DNA of 64,000 nucleotides from Dehalococcoidia bacterium (GTDB lineage Bacteria; Chloroflexota; Dehalococcoidia; Lucifugimonadales; UBA3495): NCBI GenBank assembly GCA_965219925.1, contig OZ244795.1, positions 2,122,070 to 2,186,069 of the forward strand, read 5' to 3'. Shown piece by piece: positions 56,153 to 64,000 of this stretch (position 1 is its first letter; each line of letters starts with the position of its first letter). The notes under the pieces were generated by a model. It saw only the letters and a program-made list of their open reading frames with translations, ran no database searches and was not told where the DNA came from. The position numbers and the translations under genes were made by a program.

Positions 56153-57019
56153 TCAGACCGTGCGGGAGCTGGGAACTGTAGCAACGGCTTCGGCCAGGGC
56201 GACGTCGCGCCCGCTCCGGTTGCGAACCTGCAAAACCATCCGGTAGGTAAACCTGCCCGGTTCGTCAGCATCCCGGTTGATGATAGTGGCGTCACCTAAA
56301 AGCGCGTCGCCCGGCAGCGCGGGTTCCCGATGGACGATGGACAGCTTTCCACCCCACCAAAAATTGTCGCCAAACCACTGACCCACGCAACCTTCCAGCC
56401 AGCCGGCTATCGCCGTATGGATGGCTGCATCACGGCCGGTCTGCGATATTCCAGTCAATCCGCTGGCCACGTTTCGCAGAAATCCCAGGTCTGCGCCGCC
56501 AGGAATCTTCATCGGGGGTACTTCAAGGGTATCCCCAACCCTCATGTGCTCCACCGGATCCATGCCCAACGAGATAGTGTCCCAAACACCGGTGGTCTGA
56601 TCGTGAATGTCGGGGGTTTCCGGTATGGTTTCGTTACGATGCGACCCCTGAACGTCGATCCGGAAAGCCGACTCGGAACGCAGGATCTCAGTGCCAATTT
56701 CATCGACGGCGAACGCGGATACCCTTACAAACGTTGCATCCCCGCAGATTATCCGGTCCTTGAGCCACCCGCCAACCTGTATCCGGCGACCGAGGACCGG
56801 TGGGCGCAGAAATAACAACTGCTGCCATACCTGCCTTAGCTCCAGCGGGCCGCAACGGGACAACAGCAGTGTTTGGCAATCGTCCGCGGCGATGTTGGGA
56901 AAGCGCGACTCCCTGGGCAGCAATAGCTGGTAATTCGCCAGCGCTTCGCTATCAATCGTGTATTCCAGATTCCCCAGCTGCTCACCGACTTTCAATTCAG
57001 ACAATGCGACGTGGAGCAT
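56153..57019 (-). CDS. double hotdog-fold (MaoC dehydratase-like) protein
   Basis: Two halves each end in hotdog-like strands (..PPVLGRRIQVGGWLKDRI..FVRVSAFAVDEIGTEIL and ..EPALPGDALLGDATIINRD...LQVRNRSGRDVALAEAVATVP). Start chosen at 57019, just after the upstream stop. Family call is moderate. Confidence 0.45.
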   Translation of the reverse strand: MLHVALSELKVGEQLGNLEYTIDSEALANYQLLLPRESRFPNIAADDCQTLLLSRCGPLELRQVWQQLLFLRPPVLGRRIQVGGWLKDRIICGDATFVRVSAFAVDEIGTEILRSESAFRIDVQGSHRNETIPETPDIHDQTTGVWDTISLGMDPVEHMRVGDTLEVPPMKIPGGADLGFLRNVASGLTGISQTGRDAAIHTAIAGWLEGCVGQWFGDNFWWGGKLSIVHREPALPGDALLGDATIINRDADEPGRFTYRMVLQVRNRSGRDVALAEAVATVPSSRTV

Positions 57020-57026
57020 CAGGGAA

Positions 57027-58073
57027 CTACTCGGTTGCTCCCGACCGGCGGGCATACTCGCGCAAATCAGAGGATGCGGCTTGCTGGTTGCCCAACTGCT
57101 GATGAACCAACGCCCTAGCCTGGTAGGCTTCCGGCAGCGATGGGTTCAACTCCACCGCTTTGTCGAAGGCGTCAAGCGCCGCCTGGCGCGCGCCCAACGT
57201 CGCCCGCGAGTTGCCCAATGACAACCAGACCCCTGCCAGCGTCGGATCCCGTTCGATGGCCTGGTCGTACTCTGCGATAGCTTCCTCGTGGTTGCCCAGG
57301 TCGCCCCGCGCAACGCCGCGGTTGTGGTATAGCGTGGCGGTGTCCATACCGCAGGCTTGGGCGGCGTCAAAGTCTGCAATGGCCACTTGGGGCTCACCTG
57401 CATTGCGGCGGGCGATGCCCCGGTTGTATAGGGCGTTGGCGAACGTGGGAACCAGGGCCACGGCGGCGTTGTAATCCGCGATTGCGGCCTGATAGTCCTG
57501 CAGGTCGCTGTGCAGGTTGCCGCGAGCGTAACGATAATCGGCGTCCCTCGGACGCAATTCAATGGCGCGGTCGTAGTATTTCAAAGCCGTGGGGCGGTCT
57601 CCCAGGTCACGGTGTGCAATACCCAGGTTGTAATGGGCGTTGGAATGGTCTGGGTTGATGGCGATTGCCGCCAGGAAATCGGAGATGGCTTCGTCGTAAC
57701 GTCCCACCGAAATGCGCGCCACGCCCCGCGCGTAATAGTAGTCGGCGTCGTCCGGTTCAAGGTTGATGGCTGCCGTGTAGTCGGTGATGGCATCTTCGTA
57801 AAACCCCAGGTGCCGGCGCACCACGCCCCGCGCGTACAACGGTACCGGATACTCGGGGTCTGCCATGATGGCCCGCGTATAGTCTGCGATCGCCTCGTTC
57901 AGCCGGCCACTGTTTCGCAAGGCCAGTCCGCGATAATAATATGCCGGAGCAAAGTCGTCGTTCAGCTCCAGCGCGCGGTTGAAATCATCGACTGCCGCGG
58001 CAATCTGCCCGGCCTGAAGAGCCAGCTGGCCGCGGGCTGTATAGTGAAATTCGGTTGGTAAATCTCCTGGCAT
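57027..58073 (-). CDS. tetratricopeptide repeat protein
   Basis: About 9 consecutive TPR units (A..Y.RG.A......A..DY..AI..(D/N)P..A.AYYNRG pattern). Confidence 0.85.
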   Translation of the reverse strand: MPGDLPTEFHYTARGQLALQAGQIAAAVDDFNRALELNDDFAPAYYYRGLALRNSGRLNEAIADYTRAIMADPEYPVPLYARGVVRRHLGFYEDAITDYTAAINLEPDDADYYYARGVARISVGRYDEAISDFLAAIAINPDHSNAHYNLGIAHRDLGDRPTALKYYDRAIELRPRDADYRYARGNLHSDLQDYQAAIADYNAAVALVPTFANALYNRGIARRNAGEPQVAIADFDAAQACGMDTATLYHNRGVARGDLGNHEEAIAEYDQAIERDPTLAGVWLSLGNSRATLGARQAALDAFDKAVELNPSLPEAYQARALVHQQLGNQQAASSDLREYARRSGATE

Positions 58074-58101
58074 AGAACAGTACGACCCGACGGGTCGTTC
58101 C

Positions 58102-58557
58102 TTATAAGTCGGTTTCGTATAGGTCGTAGTGGGAATGGCGCATCCCAACTGATTCATAGGTGCGCTTGGCGATGCTGTTGTCGCGCATTACATAAAGACG
58201 CATCCCACGAATATCTCCCCTGGCGGATGCCATGTCCCGCAGGTGCTGGTACAGGCTTGCGAAAACCCCCCGCCGGCGGTGTTCCGGCTTGACGTAAACC
58301 GACTGAATCCACCAGATCCATCCGTTGCGCCAGTCGCTCCATTCGGTGGTGACCATCAGTTGACCCACCGGCTGGCCGGCCACTTCCGCCAGCAGGTAGA
58401 ACGCCTTGGTGGGGTCGGCCAGGGCTTGTGCCACGCCGGCGCGCAGGATCGCCCAGTCCAGCGCCACATCCTCGGACTCCAGCGCCATTGCAGAATTGAA
58501 CGTCGTAATCGTGATCACGTCGTTTCCTTCGGCGGTGCGAATCAGTATGGAGTCCAT
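58102..58557 (-). CDS. GNAT family N-acetyltransferase
   Basis: 151 aa with the core IQSVYVKPEHRRRGVFASLYQHL. Confidence 0.8.
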   Translation of the reverse strand: MDSILIRTAEGNDVITITTFNSAMALESEDVALDWAILRAGVAQALADPTKAFYLLAEVAGQPVGQLMVTTEWSDWRNGWIWWIQSVYVKPEHRRRGVFASLYQHLRDMASARGDIRGMRLYVMRDNSIAKRTYESVGMRHSHYDLYETDL

Positions 58558-58697
58558 AGTTGTTTGAACCAGACCACGGGTTTGCTTCGGGCGCCGGTTT
58601 AGTTAGCCAGCCACGGGAGTCGGGTATGTCCGGCGCCGGTCGATGACACGATAGAATTGTAATCAACCTGCGCTATAATAGGCAAACTAAACCCATT

Positions 58698-58863
58698 TCT
58701 CACGCGTACCCGCTTTGTCAATCCAAACTGGCCTGCTGTCATTGTGAGGAGCACAGCGACGTGGCAATCTCGATGAGGCTGAGCACATGCCGACGAACCG
58801 CCGTTGCTACGGCGACGAGATTGCCACGCTACGCTCGCAATGACAAATTGAGTACGCATGAGG
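58698..58863. repeat. MITE-like nested palindromic repeat, copy F (core 58737-58845)
   Basis: The left arm tctcacgcgtacccgctttgtcaatccaaactggcctgc is shared with copy E. The core lacks the 22-nt ctcatggtgagcctgtcgaac module. Confidence 0.85.
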
Positions 58864-58902
58864 AACCCATTTATTGCCGCCGACCCGCTATCGAGGTGTC
58901 TC

Positions 58903-59985
58903 ATGCCCAATCAGGAACGACTGGTTAACGCATTTTGCGATTTGGTTAGGATTGACAGCCCCTCCGGTGAGGAGTGGGACGTTGCCCAGCACGTGTCTGA
59001 GCGGTTGTCGGGGCTGGGATTTCAGGTAGCCCGCGACGCCCACGGCAACGTCATCGCGCGGGAAGACGGCGACCGACCGTTGTTGCTCTCGGCGCACATG
59101 GACACCGTGGACCCGGGGCGCAGCATACGACCCCAGGTTGTGGGAGATCGCATCACATCCGACGGCAACACGATTCTGGGAGGCGATTGCAAGGCCGGTG
59201 TGGCTGCCATTTTGGAAGCCCTGGAGTCCGTCCGCGACGACGGCCGCGCCCGCCGGCCGGTGGAGGTAGTGCTTACGCGCGGCGAAGAAATTGGCCTGGT
59301 TGGCGCCTCCAACCTGGATTTCTCGATGCTGACCGGCACCGAGGCGGTGGTATTCGATGGCAATGGACCCGTAAACACCATCACCGGGGCCAGCCCGACT
59401 TATATGGCATTCGATATCAACGTCAGGGGGCGCGGCGCTCACGCCGGTGTAGAACCGGAGAAGGGACTGTCCGCCATCAAAATCGCCAGCGACATAATCG
59501 CTGAGCTTCCCCAGGGCCGCATTGACCAGGAAACCACATTCAACGTCGCCACTATTGCTGGAGGCACCGTCCGAAACGCCGTGCCGTCCGAGGCATCGGT
59601 TACCGGCGAATTCCGCAGCATGAACATGGAATCTCTGGAGCTGTTGCGTATGCAGTTGCTGACAACGGTGGGCAACATCCGCAATCGGTATCGGGAAGCG
59701 GAAATCACCGAGAGCCTGGAAATGATGTTCCAGATGTACCGCCTTGACCCCAATGAAGCAACCGCCCAACTGGTGATGCGAGTTATGCGGGACATGGGCA
59801 TCCAACCCAATATTCAGCCTTCCGGCGGTGGTACGGACGGGAACGTGTTTCGGCTGAACGGAATCGAAAGCGTGGTGGTGGGGATGTCCACCAACCTGAT
59901 GCACACAATCGACGAGTACGTCGTCATCCCCGATCTGATGAACACCGCCCGTTTCTGCGAAGAACTGATGACCTTTGGGTCCTAG
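58903..59985 (+). CDS. M20 family metallopeptidase (peptidase T / tripeptidase-like)
   Basis: Contains FCDLVRIDSPSGEE, LLSAHMDTV, GGDCKAGVAA, TRGEEIGLVGA and the C-terminal MHTIDEYV. Confidence 0.8.
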   Translation: MPNQERLVNAFCDLVRIDSPSGEEWDVAQHVSERLSGLGFQVARDAHGNVIAREDGDRPLLLSAHMDTVDPGRSIRPQVVGDRITSDGNTILGGDCKAGVAAILEALESVRDDGRARRPVEVVLTRGEEIGLVGASNLDFSMLTGTEAVVFDGNGPVNTITGASPTYMAFDINVRGRGAHAGVEPEKGLSAIKIASDIIAELPQGRIDQETTFNVATIAGGTVRNAVPSEASVTGEFRSMNMESLELLRMQLLTTVGNIRNRYREAEITESLEMMFQMYRLDPNEATAQLVMRVMRDMGIQPNIQPSGGGTDGNVFRLNGIESVVVGMSTNLMHTIDEYVVIPDLMNTARFCEELMTFGS

Positions 59986-60013
59986 TTGGCAGCGCCCATG
60001 CGGTGCCGGCGCG

Positions 60014-61174
60014 TCAGTCGTCCGGCTGAGCGCGGCCCTGTAGTTGCCACTGCGTGGATTGAACCACCTGCGTCAGCTGCGCCGCAAACTCCGCCCGCTG
60101 CCATTGGCGAATCTCACGGCTGTCGTTCAGTTCGGCATTGAATGTTTCGGGATGCAGGGCCAGCCGCTCCAAGCTGGGCGTCGGCCAGACGTGGCTCACC
60201 GCCAGATCGAGGTCATCGGCGATTTCGGCTCTCCACGATTTCAGTATTTTGAGACGATTCCGGCTGGCTGATGTCCAGACATCGTTGCTTCGGCTGGCGC
60301 GGTCGGGCTTGGGAATCTCCGGATTGATCATGCCCTGAGAAATTGCATCCTGCAATTCTCCGTAGCACCGTTGCGACAGCAACCCTCCGAGCCGGCGTTC
60401 GTTCCGTCCCAGTGATTCTGCCAAATGGAGCAAATCGTTGTTGCTGGCTGCCTGCGTCGGCGGTATGTCCCACAAGCAGGCCTTTCCATCCCGGAACGCG
60501 AACAGCTCCTGCAGCACGGCAGCCTGACGGGGATTCAGCGTATCCCAACCTCTGATTCGTCGGAAGGCCGTCTCCAGCGGTTCCAGAGGCGGTTGCCGCA
60601 GGCTCTCCAGCCGCTCACACTCCTCGCGAACCCATTGCGACCGCCCGCATTTATCCAGGCGGTATCGCAACTCGTCGGCCAGGGGCAGCAGGTGGTGTAC
60701 GTCGCTGGCAGCGTAATCCAGCGCCGGTCCGGGCAGCGGCCGCAATCCCCAATGCGAAACTTGAAGCCTGGGGTCTTTGGGAATCACGACGCCGGCGAAT
60801 TCCTCCAGAACTGCGCCCAGATTGGGGCGGTCTGACCCCAGGAACCGTGCGGCCAGGCCAGTATCGAACACATTGCACACGGGGAACCCGTAATCGCCAT
60901 CGAAATAACGGATGTCTTCTTCACAGCCGTGCATCACCTTGACGACGGTTTCGTCGGCCAGCAACCGGCCCAGCACCGACAGGTCTTTCACCGCCAGCGG
61001 GTCCACCAGGTAGGTTTCCAGGCCGTCGCAGATCTGGATGAGGCAGATGCGTTCTTTGTAGGCGAACCGCCCGTTGCGTTCGGTATCCAGAGCCAGCTGT
61101 GTGGCTTTGTTCAACTGTTCCGTCGCGTCGTCCCAAGCGGACTGTTCGTTGATATGAAGGTACTTGTTCGGCAA
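60014..61174 (-). CDS. rnd: ribonuclease D (DEDD 3'-5' exonuclease plus HRDC)
   Basis: Contains LALDTERNGRFAYKERICLIQI, VKVMHGCEEDIRYF and YAASDVHHLLPL. Confidence 0.8.
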   Translation of the reverse strand: MPNKYLHINEQSAWDDATEQLNKATQLALDTERNGRFAYKERICLIQICDGLETYLVDPLAVKDLSVLGRLLADETVVKVMHGCEEDIRYFDGDYGFPVCNVFDTGLAARFLGSDRPNLGAVLEEFAGVVIPKDPRLQVSHWGLRPLPGPALDYAASDVHHLLPLADELRYRLDKCGRSQWVREECERLESLRQPPLEPLETAFRRIRGWDTLNPRQAAVLQELFAFRDGKACLWDIPPTQAASNNDLLHLAESLGRNERRLGGLLSQRCYGELQDAISQGMINPEIPKPDRASRSNDVWTSASRNRLKILKSWRAEIADDLDLAVSHVWPTPSLERLALHPETFNAELNDSREIRQWQRAEFAAQLTQVVQSTQWQLQGRAQPDD

Positions 61175-61493
61175 TGGGCGTACCTGATCCGGCTGATCGC
61201 CGGGGAGTGTATCGAGACGCAGTGTAGCACATCAGCGCCCGAAAGTTGCCACGGCCCGGCGAGCCTTCCAGGGCTATCGCATATGAAATTCCAACCTCGT
61301 CACTCCCGCAGGATTCGGAGTCCAGAGCGCGTAATGCGCCAGATTTTCGCAATGAAACTACTGACTTCGGTCACTAGATTCCCGCTTTCGCGGGAACGAC
61401 GGTGGTTAAACCGTCCATATGCGATAGCCCGGGCGAGCCGGGTGCGTGGCCGTGCTATACTCCCAGCATCTCTTGTCAGGAGCGTTTGTCGAT

Positions 61494-62276
61494 ATGAGCG
61501 GCGCAGATTTGAAAGATATTCTCAACCAGGGTGGACGCATATTCGGCACCATGATCAGCGTCAACCGCAACCCTCGCTGGATACCGATCATGGACGGCGT
61601 GGGCCTCGATTACGTCATCATTGACACCGAACATAATCCCCGCAGCCGCGGCGAGCTGGGGGACTACCTCGCAATGTTCGCCACCTCCGCAGTGGTTCCC
61701 ATCGTACGTATTCCCATCCCCGATTCTCATTACGTAACTATGGCGGTCGACGCCGGCGCTCAGGGAATTCTGGCTCCCTACTGCGAGACCGTGGACCAGG
61801 TGCGCGAAGTGGTGAAAGCAGCCAAGTTCCGTCCGCTCAAGGGCGAAGCCGCTGAGAGGGCCCTGGCCAGCGGAGAATTTCCCAGTTCGGCCAGCCGTGA
61901 ATACCTGGCGGCGCGCAACCGCGACAACATCTGCATCATCGGCATCGAAAGCCAGGCCGCCGTGGACAACCTCGACGCCATCCTCGACGTCCCCAACATA
62001 GACGCCATATTCGTTGGCCCCAACGACATGAGCATCTCACTGGGCGTACCGGATGATTACGGTCAGGACATTTACAAATCTACCGTCAAGGGCATCATAG
62101 ACAAATGCGAGGAGCGAGGGATTCCCACCCTGGTGCACCACCAAACTCCCGAACTCTCAGAGTATTGGATTCAGCAGGGCGCCCGCTTCGTGCTGCACGG
62201 CACCGACCGTCGCGCCATGGCGGAGGGATTCCGATCTGAGTTTGCGCGGTTGAGGGAGAAAGCGTCCAGCGTCTGA
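61494..62276 (+). CDS. HpcH/HpaI family aldolase
   Basis: Contains GLDYVIIDTEHNP, VPIVRIP, GILAPYCETVDQV, IIGIESQAAVDNLDAIL and IFVGPNDMSISLG. Confidence 0.8.
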   Translation: MSGADLKDILNQGGRIFGTMISVNRNPRWIPIMDGVGLDYVIIDTEHNPRSRGELGDYLAMFATSAVVPIVRIPIPDSHYVTMAVDAGAQGILAPYCETVDQVREVVKAAKFRPLKGEAAERALASGEFPSSASREYLAARNRDNICIIGIESQAAVDNLDAILDVPNIDAIFVGPNDMSISLGVPDDYGQDIYKSTVKGIIDKCEERGIPTLVHHQTPELSEYWIQQGARFVLHGTDRRAMAEGFRSEFARLREKASSV

Positions 62277-62346
62277 TCCCAGCGACAGCGCCTCGCGGCT
62301 TCTCCGGGATGCGCCAGTCGCTCCGACTCGGCGGCCTGCATCGACG

Positions 62347-62631
62347 TTAGTTACGGGATTGGCCTTCCCAGCGTTCCCGCAGTGTGGCGATATACACGCG
62401 TTCGTAATCGCCGTGGTGCGCGTTGGCGGGATCATCAGCCAGCTTTTCGGCCCACATGTACTCAACGTCCGCCCATATTATCGGGAATTTGGGACGGTCG
62501 AAAAAAGTCGCCACCGCGTCAAACGATGTGGCCGCTTCGATGTATCCCAGCATCTGGAAGTTGTCGTACAGGTTTCCCTGCTCCGACATGAACCTGCCCT
62601 TCATGGCAGCCATCACCAGGTAGGTGGCCAT
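62347..62631 (-). CDS. hypothetical protein
   Basis: 94-aa ORF 30 nt downstream of the thiolase-like gene on the same strand. Codon usage looks coding. No family recognised. Confidence 0.45.
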   Translation of the reverse strand: MATYLVMAAMKGRFMSEQGNLYDNFQMLGYIEAATSFDAVATFFDRPKFPIIWADVEYMWAEKLADDPANAHHGDYERVYIATLRERWEGQSRN

Positions 62632-62661
62632 GGTCGCTCTCGCCGTCCGTGGGACTGACCG

Positions 62662-63816
62662 TTACCGGGTCAGGATGTGGACGGTGGTCACATCGCCGGC
62701 GCCCGAGCATTGCGCCATGCCCACCCGTGGGTTCTCGACCTGGCGTGCGCCGGCCTCTCCGCGCAGTTGGGTTACGGTCTCGTGAACCATACGAACGCCG
62801 GTGGCGCCGAAGGGGTGACCCATCGCCAGCAGACCGCCGTCAGTGTTTACGGGAATGTCCCCGCCCAAAGCCGTTCTCCCCTCGCTGGTGGCACGCCACG
62901 CCTCACCAAAGGGAACCAGCTGCAACGCCTCAATCTGCTGCAATTCGCCGATGGTGGCCGCGTCGTGAACCTGCACCAGGTCTATGTCCTCCGGGCCGAT
63001 GCCCGACATTTCGTACGCCTGCAGCGCCGCTGGCTCAGTGCGGTAGGGGCTGAAGGCGGAATGGTCGCTGCCGCGCCCGTTGTATGTTCCCGACGTTAGT
63101 GACGCTGCCACGACGCGAATTGCCCGTTTCCGGTCGATGCCGTAGCTGTCCAGCGCATCGGCGGCGCAGAGAATAGCGGCTGCTCCTCCTTCGCTGGTGG
63201 GGCAGCATTGGTACAGTGTCAGCGGATCCGCGATCATGCGGGAGTTGAGCACCTCTTCCACTGAGTAGGCTTCTTTGCGGTGGGCATAGGGGTTCAACGC
63301 GGCGTTTTGGCGAGCCTTTACTGTCACCTGGGCCAAAGCAGATGCTGGAGCGCCGGTATCTTCCATGTATCGCGTCATGCGTAGCGCGTACCCCGCCATC
63401 ATGTGGTCGCCGCCGATGAAACGGGCCGGGCTGTCTTCAGCAGTAACGGACACCGGGCCACCCGGCACTTTCTCGGCCCCGAACGCCAGGGCCATGTCAA
63501 ATACGCCGGATGTGATGCCCCAGTACGCCTGCCAGAATGCGGTTGATCCGCTGGAACAGGCATTCTCCACGTTGATGATGGGAACGCCGGTCAAGCCCAG
63601 TTGCGCCAGTGTCGTTTCGCCGACCGACATCCCATGATAGTAAACGTGGCCGAAATATGCCACGGGGATGGCCTGCCACGGCACGCCGGAGTCTTTCAGA
63701 GCCTCTACCACGGCGTCCCGCGCCAGATCCGACAGGCTCTTTTCGGGGAAGCGCCCGAAAGGATGCAACCCAACGCCCACCACCATTACTTCCCGACCCG
63801 GACGAAACTGTGCCAT
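62662..63816 (-). CDS. thiolase-fold protein (SCP-x / lipid-transfer-type acetyl-CoA acyltransferase-like)
   Basis: Contains VMVVGVGLHPFGRF and INVENACSSGSTAF (nucleophilic Cys), with a C-terminal GHPFGATG. Start at ATG 63816 with a GGAGGC RBS. Confidence 0.8.
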   Translation of the reverse strand: MAQFRPGREVMVVGVGLHPFGRFPEKSLSDLARDAVVEALKDSGVPWQAIPVAYFGHVYYHGMSVGETTLAQLGLTGVPIINVENACSSGSTAFWQAYWGITSGVFDMALAFGAEKVPGGPVSVTAEDSPARFIGGDHMMAGYALRMTRYMEDTGAPASALAQVTVKARQNAALNPYAHRKEAYSVEEVLNSRMIADPLTLYQCCPTSEGGAAAILCAADALDSYGIDRKRAIRVVAASLTSGTYNGRGSDHSAFSPYRTEPAALQAYEMSGIGPEDIDLVQVHDAATIGELQQIEALQLVPFGEAWRATSEGRTALGGDIPVNTDGGLLAMGHPFGATGVRMVHETVTQLRGEAGARQVENPRVGMAQCSGAGDVTTVHILTR

Positions 63817-63864
63817 TTTAGCCTCCTGCCGACCCGCAACCATTCTGCACGGTGTTGCGCTGCG

Positions 63865-64000
63865 TCATGCCCGTTCCCATTTGTAGACAACCCGCGCCGT
63901 GTCGTCGTTTCCGTCCGACCTCACGGTCTGGAACGCCAACTGTACCGGCATACCCACGTTCAGCTCGTTGTGGGGGCAACCGATGACTTCGGCAAGGACG
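63865..64000 (-). CDS. DUF35 OB-fold/zinc-ribbon acyl-CoA-associated protein, C-terminal part only (continues beyond window)
   Basis: The minus-strand translation ends ..VLAEVIGCPHNELNVGMPVQLAFQTVRSDGNDDTARVVYKWERA* with the TGA at 63865-63867. This is the typical partner gene upstream of SCP-x type thiolases. Confidence 0.6.
   Translation of the reverse strand, partial: VLAEVIGCPHNELNVGMPVQLAFQTVRSDGNDDTARVVYKWERA

Noticed and set aside
12603-58863. Possible CRISPR array, because of the recurring gtcattgcgag... repeats
   Set aside because: Copies lie thousands of bases apart in different intergenic regions, are internally palindromic and variable in length, and have no regularly spaced unique spacers. 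No cas genes are present.
1-64000. Prophage, integrative element, transposon or defence island
   Set aside because: I recognised no integrase, transposase, recombinase, phage structural, restriction-modification, Cas, or other known defence genes. The only defence-flavoured items are the NTase-HEPN fusion and the broken HEPN-like gene.

Overview
GC-rich bacterial chromosomal segment. Gene content and repeat types suggest a Chloroflexota-like (SAR202 or Anaerolineae-type) organism, but that is inference only. I call about 55 protein-coding genes. I saw no rRNA, tRNA, CRISPR array, transposase, integrase or phage genes. Main blocks: (1) 0-6.2 kb, housekeeping genes (GNAT, cytidylate-kinase-like, rhomboid) followed by a more AT-rich patch of decayed or accessory genes: a frameshifted PaREP1/HEPN-like gene, a pentapeptide-repeat protein, a multiply frameshifted trypsin-like/RCC1 chimera, and a fused nucleotidyltransferase-HEPN protein. 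(2) 6.4-9.1 kb, a lone molybdenum-hydroxylase large subunit plus a MoaD/ThiS-like protein. (3) 12.95-21.7 kb, a cobalamin-riboswitch-controlled cobalt module: tetrapyrrole-methylase-like gene, cobN, a ChuX-like ORF, cbtB, cbtA and a fused chlI-chlD. (4) glyQS, birA and two SDRs. (5) 25.7-32.1 kb, a his operon (hisZ-like, hisG, an embedded metallo-phosphoesterase-like gene, hisD, hisC, hisB). (6) A 1.35 kb non-coding repeat hub, then an NfeD-SPFH pair and meaB. (7) 39.2-47.6 kb, a CysRS fused to a GT2 glycosyltransferase, a tandem-duplicated family III CoA-transferase, an FAD oxidoreductase and a TPP enzyme. (8) A 2-oxoacid:ferredoxin oxidoreductase operon. (9) A co-directional GNAT-TPR-hotdog-PIG-L-TenA-hydrolase cluster. 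(10) M20 peptidase, RNase D, HpcH aldolase and a DUF35/thiolase pair. At least three families of palindromic intergenic repeats are scattered throughout. The observations most worth follow-up are the CysRS-GT2 fusion, the uncharacterised hydrolase translationally coupled inside the his operon, the single-chain double CoA-transferase, the modular MITE-like repeat family, and the ChuX-like ORF in the cobalt chelatase cluster. All family assignments rest on motif recognition by eye, because no searches could be run.
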